DNA of 64,000 nucleotides from Calditrichia bacterium (GTDB lineage Bacteria > Calditrichota > Calditrichia > JAJRVZ01), in contig CAWCNS010000008.1 in assembly GCA_963796965.1 (NCBI GenBank), positions 224,001 through 288,000 of the forward strand. The letters are read 5' to 3'. Positions within the stretch are counted from its first letter, which is position 1; each line of letters begins with the position of its first letter. The notes beneath the pieces are model-generated. The model did no database searches, was not told the DNA's origin, and worked only from the letters and a program-made list of their open reading frames with translations. Of this stretch, positions 31,574 to 41,435 are shown in pieces. The translations under genes were made by a program, and so were the position numbers.

Positions 31574-33462
31574 GCAGAAGATTCAACGGGCAATCTGAGT
31601 GTAAACACAGTACCCTGACCAAGTTTACTTTTTACAGAAATACCTCCGTTATGGTTATCTACCACACCCCAGATAATTGCCAATCCCAGGCCTGTACCAC
31701 GTTGACCCTTTGTCGTATAGAATGGTTCAAATATCTTATCCAACTCGCTCTGCTCGATACCACATCCCGTGTCTTCAAGAGAAGATTGCACATAAAGCGT
31801 ACTTCCTATCGAATCAATGAATTCCCACCTCTGCCACTTACAGTCCGCCACTGTGCACCCTTCTAGCATTCCCTTCAAGGGAATAATTATCGAATAAGCC
31901 GGTGATCCGCATTCGGGACATTTTATAGATTCATGCATAAGGGAGATATCACATTCAGGACAGGAGATATGCGTATTTTTATTATTTAACTGTATATGGC
32001 TATATTGATTTTTATGTTGTCCATATATTGGGCTTATATATATGAACCCATCATGACCATCCAACCCGGCTTTCACTTTGATAGAAGACATACCGCCAAT
32101 CTTTACTTCATCGTCTATTAATGAATGATTTTTGGGGCAGGTAGCTTGTTTAATTTGCTGATTGCCATAAGGTGAAAGATTGAGCATCGATGTCTTTATA
32201 GTGATGACACCGCCATTTTCAGTCATTGCATCAGCAGCGTTAACCATCAGATTTATAAAAACCTGTTGAATCTGATTGGCATCAACAGTAAGGTCATACA
32301 GGTTATTATCTAGATCCATCACAACGTCGATTTGCTTCATTTTAAGCTGATTATTGACCACTTTTAAAGCTTTATTAATGATTTCATTCAAATTGGCATT
32401 CTTTTTTTTCGGAATGGATTGACGTGCAAAATCAAGTAAACCCTTGACTATCTCACGACTTCGAAGCGTTTCCCTCACAATCACTTTTAGATCTTCCTGA
32501 ACTTCGGGAGAGTTTTTCACTCTTTTTTGAAGAAAACTACTGTAAGTCAGAATGCCCGTCAGGGGATTGTTGATTTCATGTGCCACCCCTGCGGCAAGTC
32601 TACCCAGGGAAGCCATCTTATCCGAATGGAAAATCTGTTGTCTTGCCTCACCCATTTTTCTGGTCATATTGTTAAAAGATTTGGCCAATAAGCCCAGTTC
32701 ATCATCTGCCAAATTAGTGATCATATAATTCAAATTACCGGTAGCTACCTGTTTTGTTGCCTCCAAAAGCAAATTAACCGGTGTGTCCACCCACTTCTTA
32801 ACAAAAATTCCAATTATAATACTGATCGCAAAAATAGCGATTACCGCAAATATACCTGCCCTCAATTTACTCCGGTATAATTGTTCGTCAACCTCCTTAA
32901 GACAAAGTGTTACATCCAGAATCCCTAGTATGGTCTGGTCAGATGAATGGGCGTGACAGGAGGCTTCCCAGCAGGAAGGTTCATTTCGAATGGGATTTAT
33001 TACACCGATTGCCCTTAATGAATCATTGGCAGAAGAAAGAATACGAGTTCTTTTTTGAATGGGTAGCTGTTCTAAAGGATGATCTTCCTCATGACAGGCG
33101 TAACAACTTTCAACATTTCTATCAACCAACTCTCCTATTTCATTTTCGGTTGTAGAGTATTTAATTCTACCTTCTTTGTTCAGGATACGAATTTCACGTA
33201 AACAGGGATCTTCCGAAATATTTGATAAAGACTCCTGAATGTGATCTGGATGATAACTCAACATTTCGTGATGGATACTTTTTTTAAGCGTCTCACTCAG
33301 CTGGTTAGCGTGTCTTTCCATTTCCGTTAATAAAACCCTGCTCTGAGATTGAATATTAATATAGGTGTAAATTCCAATAATCGTCATAGCTGTCAATCCA
33401 ACTACAGATATCAATTTTAAACCGATTTTTTTCATAATTAATTGAACAATATTTAAAAGCAT
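31570..33462 (-). CDS. HAMP sensor histidine kinase with heme-c motifs and a Cys-rich insertion in the ATPase domain (start may be 33435)
   Basis: Periplasmic CYACH and CWEASCH; AHEINNP; NLMVNA; insertion CPKNH..CPEC..CPEC..CTVADC before EDTGCG; GTGLGL. Confidence 0.9.
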   Translation of the reverse strand: MLLNIVQLIMKKIGLKLISVVGLTAMTIIGIYTYINIQSQSRVLLTEMERHANQLSETLKKSIHHEMLSYHPDHIQESLSNISEDPCLREIRILNKEGRIKYSTTENEIGELVDRNVESCYACHEEDHPLEQLPIQKRTRILSSANDSLRAIGVINPIRNEPSCWEASCHAHSSDQTILGILDVTLCLKEVDEQLYRSKLRAGIFAVIAIFAISIIIGIFVKKWVDTPVNLLLEATKQVATGNLNYMITNLADDELGLLAKSFNNMTRKMGEARQQIFHSDKMASLGRLAAGVAHEINNPLTGILTYSSFLQKRVKNSPEVQEDLKVIVRETLRSREIVKGLLDFARQSIPKKKNANLNEIINKALKVVNNQLKMKQIDVVMDLDNNLYDLTVDANQIQQVFINLMVNAADAMTENGGVITIKTSMLNLSPYGNQQIKQATCPKNHSLIDDEVKIGGMSSIKVKAGLDGHDGFIYISPIYGQHKNQYSHIQLNNKNTHISCPECDISLMHESIKCPECGSPAYSIIIPLKGMLEGCTVADCKWQRWEFIDSIGSTLYVQSSLEDTGCGIEQSELDKIFEPFYTTKGQRGTGLGLAIIWGVVDNHNGGISVKSKLGQGTVFTLRLPVESSA

Positions 33463-33521
33463 GTTGGATTACTCACTCACGATTTTGTATAAGTGCGTTT
33501 CAACGGCTATAATTCATATGT

Positions 33522-34673
33522 TTAGTATATTCTTTTTCCGGGCAGCTTCTCAGGGTAAGAGATATCTTCTTCATGACAATCTGCACAAGATGGCGAAGTC
33601 GCATAATTATTCTGGAGATGACAATCCGAACAGTCATTATCCAGATGGTTTTCATCCAATACAACACCGGTAATCCGGTGATTAAAATTTTCATTATTCC
33701 AATTTTTATGACATAGATTACATTGCCGGCTCACTTTTCCGATCGATTTCGTATTCTGATGACATTCACGACAGGAAATACTGATATGATATTTGTTCAA
33801 TTTCCAACCAGACCTTAACTGATGATCAAATCGCGCTTTTGCATTCGTAGCATGGCAGTGATTACACTTATCACCTGAATGACAATCCTCACATAACTTG
33901 TGATGTTCACTTTCACTTTTCTCCACCTTCAGCGCCTTTCCCGGAATCATCTGTTCGGCGAGTGTAGGTTTAGTCAGATCATGGCATTTACCACATCCTT
34001 CTTTTTGATGACAATCCACACATAAAAATCCAAAACGATTAATGTGCTCGTCGTGATAAAATGTTACAAACGTACCTTGATCAGAATTGGTCTCGTAAAG
34101 CACCTTCTCAGGCTCCGGAATTGGCGGATGACTTCTCCCCACGATATCGGTTGTATCCACATGGGTGACATCTCTAACCGAAGAACTCTTCAGGGCATGA
34201 CATACGGCACATTTGGTTGTATGACTCCATTCACGATGGCATCCCAGGCATTGACGGTGATAGGCTCCTTTGAGAGAAGGTTGGCTCAGATTTGTACGTT
34301 TTGGCGAATTTGAATGACATTGCTGACAACTAAGGATTGCTCCCTCCGGATTATAATGGTGACATAAACCACATCCCCCAGCCATATCAGCCATCTCAGC
34401 ATGCAATTTATGTGAGAAGACCACAGGGACATACATGTCAGAGAGTAAGTCTAATACGAGAACATGCGGCGTTTCCTCTTTCATTTGTTGGGAGGTCACA
34501 ACTTTGGTACGTGGGCAACTGCGAAGACAGGGATCTTTTTTTGTCGGTTGATTACAATAATGACATTTTTGACAATTCTCCTGATCATCCATTTCCGCAT
34601 GGTTTACATTTTGAGCAAAACTAAAATTTATGATCAAAACACTAATAATAAATATTAAGAGAGTAATTTTCAT
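33522..34673 (-). CDS. 13-heme class III (cytochrome c3 / HmcA-like) periplasmic cytochrome
   Basis: Signal peptide; 13 CXXCH; PVVFSHKLH, CHH, SLKGAYHRQCLGCH c3 signatures. Confidence 0.88.
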   Translation of the reverse strand: MKITLLIFIISVLIINFSFAQNVNHAEMDDQENCQKCHYCNQPTKKDPCLRSCPRTKVVTSQQMKEETPHVLVLDLLSDMYVPVVFSHKLHAEMADMAGGCGLCHHYNPEGAILSCQQCHSNSPKRTNLSQPSLKGAYHRQCLGCHREWSHTTKCAVCHALKSSSVRDVTHVDTTDIVGRSHPPIPEPEKVLYETNSDQGTFVTFYHDEHINRFGFLCVDCHQKEGCGKCHDLTKPTLAEQMIPGKALKVEKSESEHHKLCEDCHSGDKCNHCHATNAKARFDHQLRSGWKLNKYHISISCRECHQNTKSIGKVSRQCNLCHKNWNNENFNHRITGVVLDENHLDNDCSDCHLQNNYATSPSCADCHEEDISYPEKLPGKRIY

Positions 34674-35932
34674 TCTGATCCACCTCTGATTGCATATTTT
34701 GTTTTCGGAAACAGAGACCTATCCGGAATACTGATAATAGGAAATATTTTAACAAACAGCCGATACAACAGGACCTCAATCGCGATAAAACCAAGCGTAA
34801 CTGATATTTCACCTATTGTCGGAAAATAACTCTTCATTGCATAGGGTGGCGTATAGGCGATAAGAAAAACATTGAGTCGGTTTAAGGCAACACCGATAAT
34901 TACCAATATGGAGCCTGTGAACAACCAGCCGGGTGTTTTTACGGCTTTTTCTGAAAAAAATATGCGAATTGGAATAATCACACCTACCAGGAGTTCGATA
35001 ACAAACATAATGCTTTGCAGATTGAGTTGCCCTAAATAGACAAATGTCTCCCTTATGAACATATCTCCAATCTTAAATGCCAGATAAATACCCAGCAACG
35101 CGCCAACCATTCGCCCTAACGAAGGGAGTACATCCATTTCCGGCTTCAGGTTAAAAGAACGTGAGGCAATAAGAGACTCCATAATTACCATTGGAAATCC
35201 GACGGATATTGCTGACAGTAGAAAAAGGAGGGGTAATACCGGTGTTTGCCATAAGGGATGCATTTTTGCCCCGGCAATTACCATCAAGGTTCCTAATGAG
35301 GATTGATGCAAACAGGACAGAACGACACCAAGGATAATAAAAATAAACATAACTTTGCCAAGTCCTTTATCCATAATCCTTAAAATCCGGTCGGCAAAAT
35401 TATTTAAAGCCGATAAAAAACCAGGCAATTTAACCTTACCGATAAAGCGTTCCGTAACCAATGGTAGAAATTCGATATATAGAACTGTTACATAGGCCAT
35501 AATACACATACCGACCTCAAACAACGCTGAATTACCATTCCACATACTCGGCAACATGGGGTGCCATACAGAATAATACCGTCCAAGATCTATACAGACA
35601 CTCAAACCGGCAAAGGTATAGCCGAGCATAGCAGTAAGTAAGGCTGGTCGCACGACTACTTCATATTTTTCCTTATGCATAATATGGCCAAGTGCAGCAG
35701 TGGTAAATCCACCAGCAGCTAAGGCAACACCGGCGGCAACATCTATGGCAATCCAGATACCCCACGGATGTTGATTATCCAGGTTAGTCACTTCACCAAG
35801 TCCAAATAAAAAACGTATAGCGAGAAAGATCAGCCCATTGATTGCCAGAATAATCAGAATGAGCACACCTGGTGTAAAAAATCTTTTTGTCATGGGTGAA
35901 GGCTTAACATAATGCTCCATCATATAATTCAC
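34670..35932 (-). CDS. NrfD/HybB/HmcC-like membrane subunit
   Basis: PWGIWIAIDVAAGVALAAGGF, DLGRY, LSCLHQSSLG, MHPLWQ, LNRLNV; about 10 TM helices. Confidence 0.9.
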   Translation of the reverse strand: MNYMMEHYVKPSPMTKRFFTPGVLILIILAINGLIFLAIRFLFGLGEVTNLDNQHPWGIWIAIDVAAGVALAAGGFTTAALGHIMHKEKYEVVVRPALLTAMLGYTFAGLSVCIDLGRYYSVWHPMLPSMWNGNSALFEVGMCIMAYVTVLYIEFLPLVTERFIGKVKLPGFLSALNNFADRILRIMDKGLGKVMFIFIILGVVLSCLHQSSLGTLMVIAGAKMHPLWQTPVLPLLFLLSAISVGFPMVIMESLIASRSFNLKPEMDVLPSLGRMVGALLGIYLAFKIGDMFIRETFVYLGQLNLQSIMFVIELLVGVIIPIRIFFSEKAVKTPGWLFTGSILVIIGVALNRLNVFLIAYTPPYAMKSYFPTIGEISVTLGFIAIEVLLYRLFVKIFPIISIPDRSLFPKTKYAIRGGSE

Positions 35933-36819
35933 TCCTCTTCACTATTTGACTTATTCCGGTTCATCCACATCACCCCACCTAATACGGCGTAGAAAGCAAC
36001 CGGAGGAACGAAATAAGCAAATACGCCGTGCTGAATCGCTTCCGATACACCCGGTGCAGGTTGTGTATTTAGTTTTGGGAAGTCAAGTTTCTGGAAATTC
36101 TGTCCGGCCAGGTACATCCAGGACGTGCCGCCAACTTCATGTTCACCATAGATATGATCGATATATCTCTCTGGGCTTGTGTGAATTTTTTCCCGGGCTA
36201 AGCGGATAAGATCTGAGCGGGAACCGAATGTCAATGCATCAACAGGACATATTTCTACACAAGCAGGAAGTTTATCCTCATTTTGACGATCTATGCACCA
36301 ATCACATTTAACCACCCTTGCCTCGACCGCTTTGTCGTATTCATAGGCCGGTATTTGAAATGGACAGGCAACCATACAGTAACGACATCCGATGCATTTG
36401 CTCTCATCCCAGATAACAGCACCATTCTCCTCCTTGGTAAAGGCACCGACAATGCAGGCAGAAAGACAAGCGGGTTGATCACAGTGCATACATTGTACTT
36501 TGACTGTAGCCGGCTCTTCATTTTGCTCCTGCTTATAAGCGTTGACGACAGTCAGATTTATCTCATCCGGACGCCTCATTTGATCAAAGACTGATTTATC
36601 TTCAAAATCATTAGCAGATCCAGCCGGGATATCGTGTGCAATTTTACAGGCATATTCACATTTGCGGCAACCAATACATTCTGTGGTATCTACGAGCACT
36701 CCTCGGCGGTCCTCCGAAAGAATGTTCTTTGGTCCTGCCTTCGCGGGTTTCGCCACAGCGACAGAAGATGCTATTAAAGCAGCAGATTTAAAAAAATCAC
36801 GACGACTCTGTTTTCCCAT
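35929..36819 (-). CDS. HybA/HmcB-like Tat-exported 4x[4Fe-4S] subunit
   Basis: SRRDFFK Tat motif at ATG 36819; four ferredoxin Cys groups; IYGEHEVGGTSW; C-terminal TM. Confidence 0.9.
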   Translation of the reverse strand: MGKQSRRDFFKSAALIASSVAVAKPAKAGPKNILSEDRRGVLVDTTECIGCRKCEYACKIAHDIPAGSANDFEDKSVFDQMRRPDEINLTVVNAYKQEQNEEPATVKVQCMHCDQPACLSACIVGAFTKEENGAVIWDESKCIGCRYCMVACPFQIPAYEYDKAVEARVVKCDWCIDRQNEDKLPACVEICPVDALTFGSRSDLIRLAREKIHTSPERYIDHIYGEHEVGGTSWMYLAGQNFQKLDFPKLNTQPAPGVSEAIQHGVFAYFVPPVAFYAVLGGVMWMNRNKSNSEEE

Positions 36820-37037
36820 AAAAACCTCATTAGTTGATTCGAAATCGGGGAATCCTATTAAACTGTTTTTATTGTTACAACGGAAACAAATTAGTCCAAT
36901 CAATGCTAAATCCAAATTAAATCCGCATTCAAGATGTGATTGAGAAAGACCGGCAAGTGAAAATAATCGACCAGAAAATAAATAATGTGTTTATCCGTGC
37001 ATTCAATCCACCTGGTATTCTTTTCCGCTATTTATTA

Positions 37038-37053
37038 TGCAAAAACAAGACCA
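37038..37053 (-). promoter_or_regulatory. sigma-54 promoter for the Hmc/Hyb-like operon
   Basis: TGGTCT-TGTTT-TTGCA (GG-N10-GC). Confidence 0.55.
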
Positions 37054-37152
37054 CAATTGTATACTATTTACAACCTATTTATATTATATGATTTAGGAGA
37101 TGTTCTCTAAATTAGTCAACATTGCATATCGTACAAGAATAAGCGCAAGGTA

Positions 37153-37170
37153 TATTGCAATAATGCAATA
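37153..37170. promoter_or_regulatory. Candidate upstream activator site
   Basis: Palindrome TATTGCA-ATAA-TGCAATA 100 nt upstream of the sigma-54 motif; related TTGCT-TTAG-TGCAA near 38138. Confidence 0.45.
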
Positions 37171-37210
37171 TCAAATTTTTCAATGAAATGCAATTCCTTT
37201 CCGATTTAGC

Positions 37211-37968
37211 TCAGTAATCCGTGGAAGTATTGCCCTCGCAGTTTGCAAGATATTCTACCCTATTTAATTTTTGACTCATCATTTTATAACAGTAATTTAT
37301 AGTATCCACATCAGGCCTTTGCACCCATTCCTCAGTAGATAGGTTGAATTGGAACAGATAAATAAGCAACCTGTGGATCAAGTATTTTCAAAAAATCCGC
37401 AAATTCCCTGAATTTCTTTCTCACTTGTATTAATATCTTTAATCAACATTGTCTCTGTTACCAGCAAACCTTTGTACATTTTTGAAAATTCAACCATACC
37501 AGTCAAAATCTCCGGTAACCGAAGAATTTCATGAGGTCGGTTGAGTTTATGCCAGGTTTGCTCATTGACACTATCTAATTTTAAAGATACATAGTCAGCC
37601 TTGATCAAATCTTGTTTAACCCATTCATCCTTCAATAAGGAGCCGTTCGTAATCACGGCAATCTTTGTACCCAGAAATCTGATTAAATCAATTGTATCAC
37701 CCAGATTTATATCTAAAGTGGATTCACCACATGGCATAAAAGTAAAATAGTCAATCGTTTTATTCTGTTTTCTCACTTTGATTACCAGACTTTGCAATTC
37801 ACTGAATATATCTTCCGGCTTATAATAACCTTTTCTCCTGGTCGTTTTTCTGGTTGTCCGGCTAGCCTTGCAATAAACACATGAATAGGAGCATTTATTT
37901 GACGGAATATTTTTGATACCAATAATATGTCCCAACCTTTTTGAGGTAACAGGACCAAATACGATCAT
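37211..37968 (-). CDS. Radical SAM protein (COG0731-like); 3' part frameshifted
   Basis: FGPVTSKRLG, CSYSCVYC, VITNGSLL, SLKLDSV; continuation ..PQVAYLSVP..VEYLANCEGN* in other frames. Confidence 0.75.
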
Positions 37969-38193
37969 TCTGGGCCTCTGATAATAATTTAAACCTCATA
38001 CCATGGCACAAGGTATAATCTGCATATACTTTTATGGAGATATAACAGGTAGAGGAATCAAATATCAGGCCAAAAAAAAGAGAGAGGTAATTTCCTTAGA
38101 AATAAGTATTTAGGTAGATTGATGTCAAATGAAAATATTGCTTTAGTGCAATTTTATCAAAGTTATTAATGCAAAGGTGCAAGATATTTACCA

Positions 38194-39906
38194 CTAAATC
38201 AACTTGAACTTTTTCATTTTTCGCCAAAGTGTAGAGGTATCGATTCCCAGTTCTTTTGCGGTTTTGTTTCTATTTCCGTCATGTTTATCAAGAGTAGATT
38301 GGATGAGCAGTTTTTCTGTATTCTTAAGGGAATCGGCAATTCGGGGTGAAAGATCTCTTGTATCAGGAGCTGGCCCCCTGTTTAACAGCCACTCAGGCAA
38401 ATGTCGGGGTTCAATGACTTCACCATGACAAAGGATAAATGCATGTTCCAGGACATTCTCCAACTCACGAACATTACCGGGCCATTGATGATTTTTTAGA
38501 TGAATGAGGGCATCCGGAGAGATGGTTTGAATACTTTTTTTAAATTTCAAACTCAATTTTTCAAGGATATGATCAAGCAGTAAAGGCAAATCATCCAGAC
38601 GCTGGCGTAAGGGTGGCAAATGTATGTTAAAGACATTTATACGATAGTAAAAATCTTCCCGAAATGTGTGATTTTTTATTTCATCTTCAAGAACTTTATT
38701 TGTTGCACAGATGAGTCGAATATTCATATTAATACTTTTTGTTCCGCCTACTCTTTCAAACCTTCTGGTTTCCAGAACACGCAATAACTTGACCTGGACA
38801 GGCAAAGAGATATCCCCTATTTCGTCTAAAAACAGGGTACCTTCTTGCGCTAACTCCAAATGACCGGGTTTGGTTCTTACTGCACCTGTAAAAGCACCGC
38901 GTTCATGACCAAAAAGTTCACTTTCAAGTAGGGTTTCCGCAAATGCGCTACAATTTACGACAGCAAATGGCTTATTCTTTCTATCGCTATTTAAATGTAT
39001 TGCCCGGGCTACAACTTCTTTTCCGGTGCCACTCTCACCTGTTATCAAGACGGTGCTGTCTGATTGGGCAACGTTTTCTAACTTTACATAAACTTTTTGC
39101 ATTTCCTTGCTATGGCCAATTAAATTTTCAAATCGGTATCTTTCCTGTAAGTGTGTTCGCAGGTTGGCAAGTTCTGAAATATCACGAAATGTTTCGACAC
39201 CCCCAAAATACTCTTGATTCGCATTAAACAAGGGGGCAGAATTCACCCGGATAGGTACCTGTTTACCATCCTTGTTCGTAATAAGCAGTTCATTATCAAC
39301 TGATCGTTTATGCTTGTGGATTGTATACTCCATATGACATCCGTTTTGACATAATCTGGATTGAAATACATCCCAGCATTTTTTACCTATTGCCTCATTT
39401 CTGTTATACCCCGTAATACCTTCCGCGGCATGATTAAATGACGTAATAGTCCAGTCATGATCGATGGTAAATGTTCCTTCAATTCTGCTATCAAAAATGG
39501 CTTCGAGCATGTTTTTTCTACTCTCGCTCTCAAAATCTTTTTGATGAAGAGATTCGATTAAACCAAGCATTTCAGCAGTATCGCGAAAAATCAGGACAAC
39601 ACTTGAGATAGAGTTGTCGGACTTTTTTATTGGTGTCAAGGAGGTGAAGACTTGTTTTTGTGTTTGGTCGGCCGTAGTTATCTGAAGCGAGAGATTGATT
39701 TTAGGTTTCCCTGATGTAAAACAGTCTACAAGGTATTTCATATCCTTATTGTTATTTTCGAACAGGGTATCAATACTTTTTCCGAATACATCTTTCTCAT
39801 TATATCCCGTAATTCTCTCCGCAGATTTACTAAAAGCTACAATATTAAAATCCTGTCCGATAACCACGGTGCCATCAGGTTCACCTAAATATTTATCTTT
39901 TTCCAT
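38194..39906 (-). CDS. PAS-PAS sigma-54 enhancer-binding protein (Fis family)
   Basis: Two PAS domains (AERITGY, FNHAAEGITGY), GESGTGKE, GAFTGA, WPGNVRELEN, HTH. Confidence 0.93.
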   Translation of the reverse strand: MEKDKYLGEPDGTVVIGQDFNIVAFSKSAERITGYNEKDVFGKSIDTLFENNNKDMKYLVDCFTSGKPKINLSLQITTADQTQKQVFTSLTPIKKSDNSISSVVLIFRDTAEMLGLIESLHQKDFESESRKNMLEAIFDSRIEGTFTIDHDWTITSFNHAAEGITGYNRNEAIGKKCWDVFQSRLCQNGCHMEYTIHKHKRSVDNELLITNKDGKQVPIRVNSAPLFNANQEYFGGVETFRDISELANLRTHLQERYRFENLIGHSKEMQKVYVKLENVAQSDSTVLITGESGTGKEVVARAIHLNSDRKNKPFAVVNCSAFAETLLESELFGHERGAFTGAVRTKPGHLELAQEGTLFLDEIGDISLPVQVKLLRVLETRRFERVGGTKSINMNIRLICATNKVLEDEIKNHTFREDFYYRINVFNIHLPPLRQRLDDLPLLLDHILEKLSLKFKKSIQTISPDALIHLKNHQWPGNVRELENVLEHAFILCHGEVIEPRHLPEWLLNRGPAPDTRDLSPRIADSLKNTEKLLIQSTLDKHDGNRNKTAKELGIDTSTLWRKMKKFKLI

Positions 39907-40496
39907 GCGTCACGAATCCATTAATAATTTTCAAAACTTAGATAAAATAAGTATCGCTTAATATATTTGATCTGGAGAGAATTAGCAAATGATATAAATT
40001 GAAAACTTAGAGCAGTAAAAACGGTGTTAGAATTTTTATCAAATTTCTCTGGTAATCCGTTGAAAACAAGAAATTGTATGATAAATTTATGAGGACTATA
40101 TAAGTATTATTAGTTCATATAGAAGATATTATTAAGGCAAGTATACATCAAAGAAATCGGGACGCCCTTCATTCCGCAAATATAGAATATAACGATTTAT
40201 TTTCTTTAGAAGTCTTACGGCAATATTTAAATTTACTGAAAACAGCTACTAACATGTTAAAGTTAAGGATAACAATGCTAGATCCGTCTTCTATGAGACA
40301 GAAAAATGACAATCCCTTGTGATTATATGATCTTTATTCAGGGCAATACTATCACCCGCAAATTGCATGTTCCATTCCCGGTATGTGATAGTGTTATATA
40401 AAAACAATATCAGCCAGATCTAAATTCGGGGTCAATCAAAATATGATATAATATTTATTGCTATGAAGTCACTTAGCAGCAGAAATATTTGTATTT

Positions 40497-40712
40497 TCAG
40501 CCTTCGTTCAATGCCACTTCTTGTGCCTGCAAACCCTTGTCGGTTTCACTGACGACAAAGGTAACTTTTTGTCCTTCTTCAAGTTTTCTAAATTCATCGC
40601 CCTGAATAGAACTGTAATGGACGAATACGTCATTTCCTTCATCACGTTTGATAAATCCAAATCCCTTTTTAACATCAAACCATTTGACAACGCCTGTCTC
40701 GCGTTCAGACAT
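40497..40712 (-). CDS. csp: Cold-shock protein (CspA family)
   Basis: [24 protein letters not shown]. Confidence 0.95.
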   Translation of the reverse strand: MSERETGVVKWFDVKKGFGFIKRDEGNDVFVHYSSIQGDEFRKLEEGQKVTFVVSETDKGLQAQEVALNEG

Positions 40713-40822
40713 GATAAAAATCCTCCAAATTACTGATTAAAAATAAAAAGATGATCATAGTCGTATCCGATCATCAGGTGATGATTTACTAAAAAACAAC
40801 CAATATGGAAATACCTTTCACA

Positions 40823-41218
40823 TTAGACTTCAATAATTACCTGATCCGGGACATACCCATCACAGAAGTTTATGAGAATTTGGACAAACTTCCCCTCCTC
40901 AAAGACAATTCGCATAGCAGCGTTATAAAACTTTAAAGCATCCTGGAGTTTCTCACTCATCGGAGGGAGTTGATTACTACTGGTTGAAATAATAAGGCAG
41001 AGAAGACAGCCGGCTGACTGCTCTTTCAGGGAGATATCGATAACACCTTCGTTAATTTGACTTAAATAATTTATCAAATAATTAAATATTTTAATTAACG
41101 GTTTGGGATCACCGGCATCTATCGTGCAGGTTTGATCAATATTCAGATTGGACCTGATGTCTTTATTTTCGGTAACATACTTGAGTAAATTACCGATTTC
41201 AATTGGTGAAACTGTCAT
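40823..41218 (-). CDS. Hypothetical protein, weakly like a degenerate HATPase_c domain
   Basis: AGDPKPLIKIFNYLINY..GVIDISL resembles a kinase N-box region, but G-boxes are absent. Confidence 0.45.
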   Translation of the reverse strand: MTVSPIEIGNLLKYVTENKDIRSNLNIDQTCTIDAGDPKPLIKIFNYLINYLSQINEGVIDISLKEQSAGCLLCLIISTSSNQLPPMSEKLQDALKFYNAAMRIVFEEGKFVQILINFCDGYVPDQVIIEV

Positions 41219-41435
41219 TCGTTTATTCTCGTAACAATAAAAATACAAGATCGGTTTTAGTACCGGTCAGATTAGAACACCGATGGCATCTTATGATTTA
41301 TGATTTATGAATGATAGTTTTATCAAGTATTAAGCACCAACTATGATGAATATAATCGAAAGATGGATGTTTCGCAACAAAGAAATTAATTTTAGGTTAA
41401 TTCTTTTTATTTTTTAGCATTTTGGGAATTTGTGA

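Noticed and set aside
34670..36819. NiFe hydrogenase-2 (hyb) operon
   Set aside because: Only HybA/HybB-like subunits are present; no large or small catalytic subunit or maturation genes in the window
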